Shown: one piece after another, positions 29,346 to 38,604 of the stretch | How positions within the stretch are numbered: position 1 is the stretch's first letter | How the letters are laid out: each line of letters begins with the position of its first letter | From: Pelagomonas calceolata | Lineage: Eukaryota | DNA: 64,000 nt | Reading direction: 5' to 3' | NCBI GenBank assembly: GCA_918797485.1 | Contig: CAKKNE010000002.1 | Span: 372,001 to 436,000, forward strand | Translations under genes and position numbers: made by a program | The notes under the pieces: generated by a model | What the model was told of the DNA's origin: nothing | Database searches by the model: none | What the model saw: only the letters and a program-made list of their open reading frames with translations

Positions 29346-30419
29346 CTATAACATCTTGCGCCGCAGCTCGAAGCGGCCGACGACGCACGGCTCCGTCGTC
29401 CAGCCGACGCAAACGATGCCTGAGGCGCACGCGATTTCCACGTCGTCGTCGTCCTCCGCGAGGAGCCCTACGAAGAGCAAGTCGCTGTCGATCCAAACGC
29501 CAGAGCTCGTCGTCGCGTCTCGCGAGCCCGTCCGCCGGCACCAGAGGAAGATCTCCCGGCCCTCGCCGCCGACGCCGCGGAACAGGTCGAAGTCGCCCTC
29601 GTAGACGTTCCACGTGCCGGCAAGGCGCGCGGGCCGGGACACCGGCTTTGAGGCGGATGCGGCCTTTGCAAGCCATTCACGATCTCGCCGCGTTTCTCCC
29701 GCAGTAGCTCGTTCGAGGGACGCGACGGCGTCGAGTGCACCGCGTGTGTTGGTGATTGAGCGCGAAACAGCGACGCCTGCCGCGCCGTCGAAGCCTCCGC
29801 TCGACTCCCACGTCAGGTCGGCTTTCAGGTCGACGTCGTAGCAGACGGCGCCCTCTTCAGTCATCCAGACGAGGTAGTGCGGTCCGGCGACGGCGTCGGC
29901 GCGGAAGTTCGGCGCGCTGAGCGGTGGCGACGGCAGCCAGACATGCGTCTCGGGCCAGAGCGGCGCGAGCGTGAAGCGTCCAATCCACTCGGGCTCGTGG
30001 GCCCCGAGCGTGACGTGGCCCGCGTAGCGGCTAAGCGGCGCGTCACGGTCAGCGGGCATGCCCGTATACCACTCGACTGGGCTCTGCCGCTCGAAGCGCG
30101 CGAGCCGCAATTCTTGATCCTCCCCGTCGCAGTACCACCGGCCGTTGAGTTTTTCTGCGAATGCCCTCATGGCTTCGTCGTCGCCCTGGGAGGTGGCCGT
30201 GAAGGTACCGGAAGCTTTCAGGTTCACAACGATGTCTTGGCAGTCGCCTTCGTCCTCACAAGTCCGTTGCAGCCGCCAGAGGCCGCGGAGCGACTGGCGG
30301 CCCCTCGCGAAGTCCGGCTCCGGGAACGCGCCCTCGCGAAGTCTTATTCTATGGCAGCGCGGTGGCCGCGGCGGACTCCACGCGATGGCAGGTGCGAGCA
30401 GTGCGATGCATAGCCACAT
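29346..30419 (-). CDS. Hypothetical plastid-targeted protein with two beta-barrel-like repeats
   Basis: Signal peptide MWLCIALLAPAIA-W. Two segments end in HEPEWIGRF and TEPCVVGRF. Confidence 0.65.
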   Translation of the reverse strand: MWLCIALLAPAIAWSPPRPPRCHRIRLREGAFPEPDFARGRQSLRGLWRLQRTCEDEGDCQDIVVNLKASGTFTATSQGDDEAMRAFAEKLNGRWYCDGEDQELRLARFERQSPVEWYTGMPADRDAPLSRYAGHVTLGAHEPEWIGRFTLAPLWPETHVWLPSPPLSAPNFRADAVAGPHYLVWMTEEGAVCYDVDLKADLTWESSGGFDGAAGVAVSRSITNTRGALDAVASLERATAGETRRDREWLAKAASASKPVSRPARLAGTWNVYEGDFDLFRGVGGEGREIFLWCRRTGSRDATTSSGVWIDSDLLFVGLLAEDDDDVEIACASGIVCVGWTTEPCVVGRFELRRKML

Positions 30420-30693
30420 CGCTGCAGTGCTCGGAGAGCCTGCAGCCTGGACACTGATCGTTAAACTGATGGGCTCCGATGCGTGCAGCCGATGTTGCGT
30501 GGTTGCACCCAACGTCTCGCGTGCACTGAGACGCAGTCGACGATCAATGCTGCGATATGACTGCAAAGCAAAAACCCCAAGTGACAGCCTAAGTGTGTCG
30601 AAACGCTAGCTAATCACGCATAAAACACACACCTTACGTAGTAGTATCCCCTTTCCTATCTTCTCGTAGTCTTCTGTCTTAGAGGGGGTGCGC

Positions 30694-31398
30694 CTAATCG
30701 ACCTGCCGCGCGCGCGGGAGCGGCTTCTTGCGGACGAGCACGAAGAATTTCGTCGGCGGCCCACCTCGTTGGTAGCCCAGCGTGATGTCGCGCTCGATCG
30801 ACCAGCCTTCCTCGAACCACCAATTTAATGGGCGTGTACACCTCCGGCCCCTGGTGCGGAAGCCAGCAATCATCATCGGCTCGTCGTATGCAGGATCCAG
30901 GAAAAGATCGACGACCTTGCGCTCCACCTCCTGTTCGTGCTCGTCAGGAGCGAGCGTCACGCGGAGTGGGGGGCTCACGGCCCGGGGGGGCGCCTCGGCC
31001 GCGAGGTGGTCGTCGGCCGCGCACGCGGCGGGATCGTCCCAGGTGGTCAGGCCGGACACGGTGTCGTGCCAGTAGGGCCGGCCCGACGCGTCGTCGACGT
31101 AGCGGGTCCAGCGGGCGGGCCGCGGCGGCGGCGGTGGCGGCTGCTCGTCCGAGATCCGGGCCGACGCGACGGCCGCGGCCAAGCCGTCTTCCCCGTCCTC
31201 AGGGGCCGCGTATCTTTCCGCTGCGGCCGCCGCGTCGGCATCCTCTAACCCTGTAGGCGGAGGGCCTGGCGGAGGGCCTAGGACGGGTGTGAGCGCTCGC
31301 GTCTCGCCCGTCGTCGAATTGAGCCAGAAGCGTCTGCCCGCCGGGTCATCCACGACTTGCCAGGGGTTCTGGAGGATCGCCGGGGCGGCGTACGACAT
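30694..31398 (-). CDS. WW-domain protein (two WW domains)
   Basis: WQVVDDPAGRRFWLNSTTGET and WTRYVDDASGRPYWHDTVSGLTTWDDP. Confidence 0.85.
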   Translation of the reverse strand: MSYAAPAILQNPWQVVDDPAGRRFWLNSTTGETRALTPVLGPPPGPPPTGLEDADAAAAAERYAAPEDGEDGLAAAVASARISDEQPPPPPPRPARWTRYVDDASGRPYWHDTVSGLTTWDDPAACAADDHLAAEAPPRAVSPPLRVTLAPDEHEQEVERKVVDLFLDPAYDEPMMIAGFRTRGRRCTRPLNWWFEEGWSIERDITLGYQRGGPPTKFFVLVRKKPLPRARQVD

Positions 31399-31612
31399 GC
31401 TGGCGAAGGCTGCAAGCGCGCCAAAACTAGGCGGTCACTGTGCTCAAAATCTTTCTCAAAATGAGACTCTGCGACTTGGCGACTCGTTCGTCCCGCCCGG
31501 GCCAACTTGGAGAACGGTCCCTGTCGCCAGCGAGCGTGGTGTCTAGGTCGATTGGTCAATTTGTAATCGCACAACAAAACCCGCGCTGTTCTAGTAGATA
31601 ACATCACAAGCC

Positions 31613-32608
31613 TTACTTCGCGAACCCAATATACCGCAGCGCGGACGAGAACGCGCTCTCGGCGGGCGGCTCCTCCTCGGGCGCGTCGCCGTCGCCCGAC
31701 GCCGCGCGGGCCCGCCGCGTCGCCGCGGCCGTCGCCGCCCGGAGCGCCTTGAGCCACTTCGCGCGCTCCTTCTGGTCCGCGCAGCGGAAGGTCCACGTCC
31801 GCGTCGCCGTCGCCACGTCGAGCGCGTGCGGCGCCGCGCGCCGGTGGAAGATGGACTCGGCGACGTGGCCCCCCGCCAGGTCGACGTGCGCGCAGGTGCT
31901 GCGCTCGAGGGCCTCGGCGTCGAGCGCGCGGCCCCAGGCGACCTCGGGCGCCTCGCCTTCCTCAGGCACGACAAGAGCAGGGTCCGGCGCCAGCTCCGCG
32001 CGCCAGAACCAGAGCCGGTCGCGACACACGACACACGTCCGCCTCCTCCAAAGGTTCGGGTCGCGCGACGACAGCTTCAGGAGCGAGCCCACCGTCGTCG
32101 CGTCGTCCTCGAGCCAGCGCCGGTCGACGACGGCCATGGCCTTCGTGGACTCGTCGTCGGACGCGTCGGACCCCGACGCGTCGTCGGCGTGCGGCAGCTC
32201 AAAATCTAAAGGTGGCGCGTCGGCGTCGTGCAGGTAGAAGCGCACGTCGTCGTCGGCGTCGAAGCCCGCCGCGGCGAGGAGCGCCTTGCGCCGCGCGGCG
32301 AGGACCGAGTCGGCGCGCAGCAGCGTGCGCACGCGCCAGACGACGTTCTCGCGCCGCGGCGGCGGCGGCGCGCCGCGCGGCCGCGGCTGGCGCGCCGACC
32401 GGCGCTCGACGGGGTACGCGCAGACGAGGCGCTTCGACAGCCGCTCGTCCTCGCTCATGCGCAGCTTTTTGGCTACGAGTTCAATGGTCTCTGCCGCCGT
32501 CGTGCCCTCCTGTACGCGGACGCCGGCGTAGGCGACGGCGTGGCCCAATGCGCGGATGCGGATGAAAGCGCCCTCCACCGTCGGCGTCTCGTCTCCGGTT
32601 CGGCTCAT
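31613..32608 (-). CDS. Ras-association-like plus PH-domain protein
   Basis: TTAAETIELVAKKL (RA-like). GSLLKLS..PNLWRRR...RTWTFRC...ERAKWLKAL (PH). Confidence 0.75.
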   Translation of the reverse strand: MSRTGDETPTVEGAFIRIRALGHAVAYAGVRVQEGTTAAETIELVAKKLRMSEDERLSKRLVCAYPVERRSARQPRPRGAPPPPRRENVVWRVRTLLRADSVLAARRKALLAAAGFDADDDVRFYLHDADAPPLDFELPHADDASGSDASDDESTKAMAVVDRRWLEDDATTVGSLLKLSSRDPNLWRRRTCVVCRDRLWFWRAELAPDPALVVPEEGEAPEVAWGRALDAEALERSTCAHVDLAGGHVAESIFHRRAAPHALDVATATRTWTFRCADQKERAKWLKALRAATAAATRRARAASGDGDAPEEEPPAESAFSSALRYIGFAK

Positions 32609-33282
32609 CGCTGTGCGCTCAACTTATTGTTTCAGCAGCGTTTGTCGAGGCACAGCTGCTGGGATGGGGCACTTATATTATTCAGCAGCGGTGGCGTCGG
32701 TAGAAGAGCTCTGTGCTGCTGGGATCTATAAACTGCGCTTCTTGCCACCCCGTATCCGCGTGTAACCGCGGTGGCTTGGCTGTCTTGCGGAGACTGCGAG
32801 TTAATTCGAGCTGTCCTAGCGAATGAGGCACTAGCAATCGCCTGGACGAGACGTGTAGCTCGCGCGCGTTTCGTCTTCGAGACGTCTCCGGGCTGGTTAT
32901 GGTGCAGGGGAGGCCTTGGACCCGTGGGGCGTCGGCTGACTGACGTAGCCGTCGCCGAAGCGCCCCGCGCCGACATTCACGGATGAGTCTTTCGGCTCGC
33001 CAAAATACACCAGCGATTGACGCCGCCATCTACCATCCGAATAGTAGATTATATCAACTCCAGCCCACTTTTTATACAAAATAAACGGAACCGGAGCCGA
33101 CGGCCCGCGCTCGGAGGGCGGGAGAAGAATTCTACCTGACAACTCCCGAGTTTATGTTCGTTTCCTTCCGTTTGTTAGTGGTAGAGTCCATCTAACCCGC
33201 ATCAGTGCCCACTGAGCTATTTGAGATGCTCCGTTAGAGCCGCGCGATTAGGCGAACTCGCGGCCTGCGCGTTTAGGCAAAG

Positions 33283-33749
33283 ACGGGCAACAATCCTAAA
33301 CCCGCGAGTATCAGCGACGCCACCATACAGATGGACCATAACGCCGTTGTTCTATTCACGATCGACCGACTTGCCCGTTCTCCGCGGTCGACGGTGCGGA
33401 GACGGAGCACCAGAAAGGCCCCAGACCGGTGAGTTATAAAATAAATTTGCGTTTCAGGCGCCTCGGGTATGGGACGGGCCAGATAACCGGCCTGAACACC
33501 TACTACATTGGATTTCTTGATCCGTATGCTCCGGGCGGCTCTTCCATCGCGGGACCCCACGATCTCACATATACGGGCGAATTACTTAGACCTGCGACCA
33601 TCAGCCCGTCTAACATCACCATGGACCATGACGCGATCATTTGTTTCATGACCGACGGACTTGCGCGAGCTCCAGATCAAGATGTTCACGTCCCGAGCGT
33701 GGGCAGCCAAAAGTACCCTTCTTATAATGTAGATGTCATATACTTGTAA
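33283..33749 (+). pseudogene. Degraded lower-GC coding remnant with two diverged peptide repeats
   Basis: TGNNPKPASISDATIQMDHNAVVLFTIDRLARSP (from 33283) aligns with TGELLRPATISPSNITMDHDAIICFMTDGLARAP (from 33573). The copies are in different frames and there is a stop at 33274. Confidence 0.45.
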
Positions 33750-34292
33750 TTGACTATCGCTGGGGTAGTATGGGGTCCAACGAGACCGCTAGTACGATTC
33801 CTGGGGGGCCTCGGGTGATTGACGTATTGACGGGGGACGAGGCGCCATCGGGGCCAAATAACTTACTTTTTTCGGGGACGGATCGGCTCCTGGAGGCCTC
33901 TCAGGGTAGGTCTGGTGGTAGGTAGTCGCCTGCACCGCATACGCCGTCAATGCGGCAGCCTAGTGCTCTCAGAGAGCCCTGGAAGCAAACCTCGGCCAAA
34001 AGTTGCTATTGCTCCGTGGTCTGCTGAGAGAAATCGGCCAAAAATGCTTGAAGCGGCGGCGCATGCGGCGTAGGCGCTTGCACGTGTATAGTACGGACCC
34101 TGAGCGACCCCAGGGACACCTCTTCGGCGGGGATTGACAGGATTTAACCGGCGCGGCCGCCATAGACCGTAGGGCGCCCTCGGCCGCGAATTAAAAAAAT
34201 TCCATTTTTGGCCCCCAGTAAGTGTCCCATTGATCTCTTTGGACCAGTAGCTAACTGAACGATACTCAAACAGCTGCATATCGTTCCTGTTT

Positions 34293-34316
34293 GCTAGTGT
34301 CTTACATGCCGCTAGC
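34293..34316 (+). promoter_or_regulatory. GCTAG dyad motif copy
   Basis: GCTAGTGTCTTACATGCCGCTAGC, 186 bp before the Rad9-like ATG. Confidence 0.65.
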
Positions 34317-34501
34317 TGGCGCCGGCGCCACGCTTTTTGGGCTCGAGCGGAGCGCAGCCGTGCACATGTTGCTCGCTCACCAGACGCAAGGGATTACGCG
34401 GCAGCTCTGACCAGCGCACAAGCGCCCGTCAGCACTCTACACGTCCACAATTCAAATACAAGCCACTTTTGCATCGAGACCGATCTGCAGCGCACAAAAA
34501 G

Positions 34502-35599
34502 ATGCCGCAGCCCCTCTTCGCCTTCGAGGTCGGCAAGTCGCAGCTCAAGGCCTTCTCGGGCGCGGTGAGCGCGCTGGCCGACGTGGGCAGGGAGCTCGAG
34601 CTCGTGGTGTTCACGCAGGACGACGGCGAGCCGGCGGTGTCGCTGCTGGCCAAGGACGACGGCGACACGGTCTTCGGGACTTGTATCTTTGAAAGACGCT
34701 TCTTCTCGCGCGTGGCCGTCGACGCGACGCTCACGGTCGCCACGCCCTTCGCCGGCAAGCTCGTGGCCAAGGCGCTCTTCCCCGCGCTGCGCCGCGCGGC
34801 GGCGCGCAGCCACGCCGGCCGCGCCGCGGACGGACGCAGCCCGCCGGCCGAGCGCGCGGGCGCGGGCGTCGCGTCGTTGATCATCAAGCACGACGAGCCC
34901 GCCGGCGCCGGCTCGGACGACGACGCCGAGGACGACCGGACCGCGCCCCGCATTGTGGTCGAGACGCGGCACGACGACGGCAGCCGGAGAAGGTGGCGCC
35001 TCTTCTACGACAGCTCCGAGGGCCAGACGAACACCTTTGAGGTGAACGCCGCCGACGTCGGCGAAATCACCGCGCAGCCGCCGCAGTTCGCGGAACTCCT
35101 CGCGCACTGCGCGGCGAACGGCGAGGTCACCTTCACGCCGACGCCGGCCGCTTTAGAAGTGCAGTGCCGCACCGACGGCGGCCGCGACGACGACGACGTC
35201 GTGTCGGAGCTTAGCATTCAAGCGGCGGACTTCGAACAGTACGTGCTGCCGGACGGCGCGCGCGGCGATTCCAGGGATGCCATCGCGTTTCAAGCCAGGC
35301 AGCCCAAGGCCCTCGTGAAGTGGTGCGACGCGGCCGACGTCCTCGCCGTGAACTTCTACTTCGGGCGGCTGCCCAAGCCGGTCTGCCTCATGGCCCACGC
35401 GCCGGCCGGCGCGAACCTGCGCATCGTCGCGTCGACGCACGTCCCGCCCCGCGAGGGCGACGCGCCGGCCGCGCCGGCGCCGGCGCCGGCGGCGCGGGCG
35501 CCGCCCCGCCGCGACGCGTACGCCGACGCGCGGCTGGCGCCGACGGGCCTGCACCGCAAACGGAAGCATTCGGCGGACGTCCCGCCGACGATCCCCTGA
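34502..35599 (+). CDS. Rad9-like subunit of the 9-1-1 checkpoint clamp
   Basis: QLKAFSGAVSALADVGREL, FERRFF, SELSI...DFEQY, IAFQ...KALVKWC and YFGRLPKPV follow the Rad9 PCNA-like pattern. Confidence 0.7.
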   Translation: MPQPLFAFEVGKSQLKAFSGAVSALADVGRELELVVFTQDDGEPAVSLLAKDDGDTVFGTCIFERRFFSRVAVDATLTVATPFAGKLVAKALFPALRRAAARSHAGRAADGRSPPAERAGAGVASLIIKHDEPAGAGSDDDAEDDRTAPRIVVETRHDDGSRRRWRLFYDSSEGQTNTFEVNAADVGEITAQPPQFAELLAHCAANGEVTFTPTPAALEVQCRTDGGRDDDDVVSELSIQAADFEQYVLPDGARGDSRDAIAFQARQPKALVKWCDAADVLAVNFYFGRLPKPVCLMAHAPAGANLRIVASTHVPPREGDAPAAPAPAPAARAPPRRDAYADARLAPTGLHRKRKHSADVPPTIP

Positions 35600-35820
35600 C
35601 ATGTGTGGACGTGTGTGTAAGAAAGAAAGAAAGCTCTAGCCACCCACGAGAGCCATCCGGAAGCGACCGGGAGACGTCTCCCCGGGGGCGCGCCGGGCGC
35701 CGGGCGCCTCGCGGGCTTCAGTTTCAAAGTTTGTGCCGTCTCTGCCATTTGCCGGCGCTCCTCCAGCCGAGAGGAACGCAGCCGAGGCTGCCCCGACGCG
35801 CACAAACACACGAACACACC

Positions 35821-37944
35821 ATGGGCGCGGGCTCGTCCGTCGACATGGCAAATGCGGGGTTGGAGCTGCCCGACGGCGGGCCGCCGCCACCCGGCGCCGA
35901 CGCCGAGTTCGACGCCCTCGTCGAGGCCGAGATGCGCAAAAGGAGCTCGGGGACGGAGCCCGGAATCGCGCCGCCGCCGCCGCGCGGCGCGGACCCGGCC
36001 TTCGACGCCATGGTCGAGGCCGAGATGGTGCGCCAGCGGGGCTTCGCCGAGAGCTACGCCGCGCGCAACCGGGACCTGTTTGATCGCGACCGCGCCGTCG
36101 ACGACGCGCGCATCCGCGCGGCCGTCGAGCGCGCGTCGGACCGGCGGGCCTACGACGCGCCGCGCGCGAGCGAGCCGCCGCCGCAGCAGCCATCAAAGCC
36201 GTTCGCCCCGCTGGGCGCGCCGCCGGAGCCGTTCAAGCCGACGGGCGACCCGCGCCGCGACGCCAAGCTCGCGTACGCGGCCGCGCTGCGCGAGCAGATG
36301 GCCGCGCCGAAGAGCTCGCTGCGCCGGAGCTGGGGCTACGACGCGCTGCCCGACGACGACGCGCTCCGAAGCCCGCCGCGCGAGAAGGCGCCCCCGCGGG
36401 ACGACGTTCAGGCCCCGGGCCCCCTCGGCGGCGCCTACGCGCTCCGCCCCGAGCAGGAGCCCCGCCGCCTCTCCTACGCGCCCGCGCAGCCGTCGCCGGA
36501 GCGGCTCGCGCGCGAGGACTACGCCCGGGACCTGGAGCAGCAGATGCGCGAGCGCGAGGCGCGCGACCGGGCCGCGCGGGCCGAGGCCGCGTCGCCGCCG
36601 CCGCGGCGCGCGCCCGTCGGCGCGTTCCCCGGCGCGGCGGCGGCGCCGGCGGCGCCGGCGGCCTTCTCGCCGCCAATGAAGCAGGCGGCGGACCACGCGC
36701 TCCAGGGCCGGCGCGACGCGCGCGCGAAGCACGTCCGCGAGGTCTACGGCGCGACGGGCGTCGCCGCCGCGGCCTTCGGCGCCCCCGGCGCCGAGGCGCC
36801 GGCGGCGCGCGCCAAGTCGATCACGCGGCCGCGCGACGCGGGCCTGGAGCAGGACCGGCGCGCCAAGGCCCTCGAGCAGAAGGCCGCGCTCGAGGCGCAG
36901 ATGCGCGCGAACCGCGAGGCCAAGGAGGCCGCCGACCGCAAGCGCCGCGAGGAGGACGCCGCCGAGGACGCGAAGTGGGCCGCGAAGGAGGCCGAGGACC
37001 GCCGCCGCCGCGAGGAGGGCGAGCGCGCCAAGAAGCAGGCCGAGCAGCAGCGCCTCGACGACCTCTACGCGCAGCAGGAGGCGGACGCGAAGAAGCGGCG
37101 GAACCGGCGCCACGAGGAGCGGACGACGCCCCTCCGCTCTCCGGCGCCGCGGTCGCCGCGACAGCCGCCGTCCGCGCAGCTGCGGTCGCCGGGGTCGCCG
37201 GCGGTCGTCAACACCCAAGCGCGGCGCACGCCGCCGGCGTCGCCTCCAGTACCATCGCTCGCGGCCCAGAAGGTGCCCGCCGCGCTCGTGCGCGCCTCGG
37301 CGGCGCCGGGCACCAAAATCTCCGACGACGACCTGGAAAGGGCGGCCTCGGACTTCGAGGCGCGCGTCGCGGCGGAGCTCGAGCGCTTCCAGGACGACCG
37401 GCGGAGGCGCGTCGCGCGCGCCGCGCTGCCCCAGAACGCGGGCGGCGCGCTCGAGTCGCTCGCCGAGAAGATCCAGCAGGCGCCGGACCTGCGCACGCTC
37501 GCGGGCCTGCCGCCCGCGGCGCCGCGTGCGGCGGCCGCCGACGACGCCGTCCCGCACATATCCGCCGAGGACGACTGGGGCGAGACGTCGCTCGCGGGCG
37601 AGTCGACGTTCGTGCCGCTGCCCGAGCGCGTGGCGCGCGCCGAGGCGGCCTACAACCTCGCGGACACGCCGCCGGCCTCGGCCGGCGCGCTCTCGCCCGA
37701 CGCGATCGCCGACCGCTGGCAGCGCGACCACCCGCTGCCCGGCGCCAAGGCGCGCCGCGGCCCCGCCGCGCGCACGTCTCGGCGCCAGAACACCGTCGAG
37801 CAGTCCCTCGCCGGCGAGTCGTCGTTCCACGCGTTCATCGACCCCGCCGACGAGGCCATCACCTCGCCCGCGCCGCCGGAGACGTTCGAGGACCTCGCGG
37901 ACCGGATTCCCGACGAGTCGTTTGATTCTACCTTGGGGGCGTAA
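35821..37944 (+). CDS. Hypothetical N-myristoylated coiled-coil protein (CCDC66/CSPP1-like repeats)
   Basis: Starts MGAGSS. Repeated YAAALREQM / YARDLEQQM / KAALEAQM motifs. Confidence 0.65.
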   Translation: MGAGSSVDMANAGLELPDGGPPPPGADAEFDALVEAEMRKRSSGTEPGIAPPPPRGADPAFDAMVEAEMVRQRGFAESYAARNRDLFDRDRAVDDARIRAAVERASDRRAYDAPRASEPPPQQPSKPFAPLGAPPEPFKPTGDPRRDAKLAYAAALREQMAAPKSSLRRSWGYDALPDDDALRSPPREKAPPRDDVQAPGPLGGAYALRPEQEPRRLSYAPAQPSPERLAREDYARDLEQQMREREARDRAARAEAASPPPRRAPVGAFPGAAAAPAAPAAFSPPMKQAADHALQGRRDARAKHVREVYGATGVAAAAFGAPGAEAPAARAKSITRPRDAGLEQDRRAKALEQKAALEAQMRANREAKEAADRKRREEDAAEDAKWAAKEAEDRRRREEGERAKKQAEQQRLDDLYAQQEADAKKRRNRRHEERTTPLRSPAPRSPRQPPSAQLRSPGSPAVVNTQARRTPPASPPVPSLAAQKVPAALVRASAAPGTKISDDDLERAASDFEARVAAELERFQDDRRRRVARAALPQNAGGALESLAEKIQQAPDLRTLAGLPPAAPRAAAADDAVPHISAEDDWGETSLAGESTFVPLPERVARAEAAYNLADTPPASAGALSPDAIADRWQRDHPLPGAKARRGPAARTSRRQNTVEQSLAGESSFHAFIDPADEAITSPAPPETFEDLADRIPDESFDSTLGA

Positions 37945-37963
37945 CTTACGGGCTATACTCTGT

Positions 37964-38500
37964 TTACGACACGCTACACCCGGTACACCGTGACGGCGGC
38001 GACGGCGTTTCGCGGGCGTCGTCGAGGGCCTCCGGCTCCGCGAGGGCGGCCGAGTCTTGCGAATCGGCGACGACGCGCCGGAGCTCGCGCAGCTCGCGCT
38101 GGGGGATCTCGAGCGGCGAGCCGCCGGCGACCTCGAGCGTGAGCTCGCCACCCTGCGACCGGGACACGCGCGCGCGCAACGGCGGGCTCAGCGCTGGCGT
38201 CCAGTTCTCGCCCCACGTCGCCAGCTTGAACTCGACGACCTCGCCGCGCTTCAGGGCCTCGCCGTCTGTCACCGGAATCGTGTCCGTCGACGGCGGCACA
38301 GGCGCCGGCGACGGCGCGAGGAGCGGCTCGTAGGCGTGCCCGTCGAGCGCGGCTCGCGCGTTTTGTAGGGACAGCTCAATATCCGCTGTGAACGGGTGTG
38401 CACAGCCATAGACCTGACGCATGATCGTTGCCGTCTCCCGGAGCGTCTCCACGCTCTCGCGGATATCGTCTAGCGTGGCGGCTGGGTCCTTGCAGAGCGT
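37964..38500 (-). pseudogene. 5'-truncated chimeric ORF: C-terminus of a TPR-like repeat gene with an inserted coilin-like Tudor segment
   Basis: LCKDPAATLDDIRESVETL...RQVYGCAHP...ARAAL[insert]ARETPSPP. No ATG upstream of the repeat segment. The insert contains GEVVEFKLATWGENWTPALS. Confidence 0.5.
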
Positions 38501-38604
38501 CAGTGGAAAATGGGGCTTAATCTGAAAATCGACCGTGTGTCTAGATATTTTCTGACAAGGTTACGAGACGAGGCGAGACGGGGAGGGGTGTACAGCGGCT
38601 CCAG

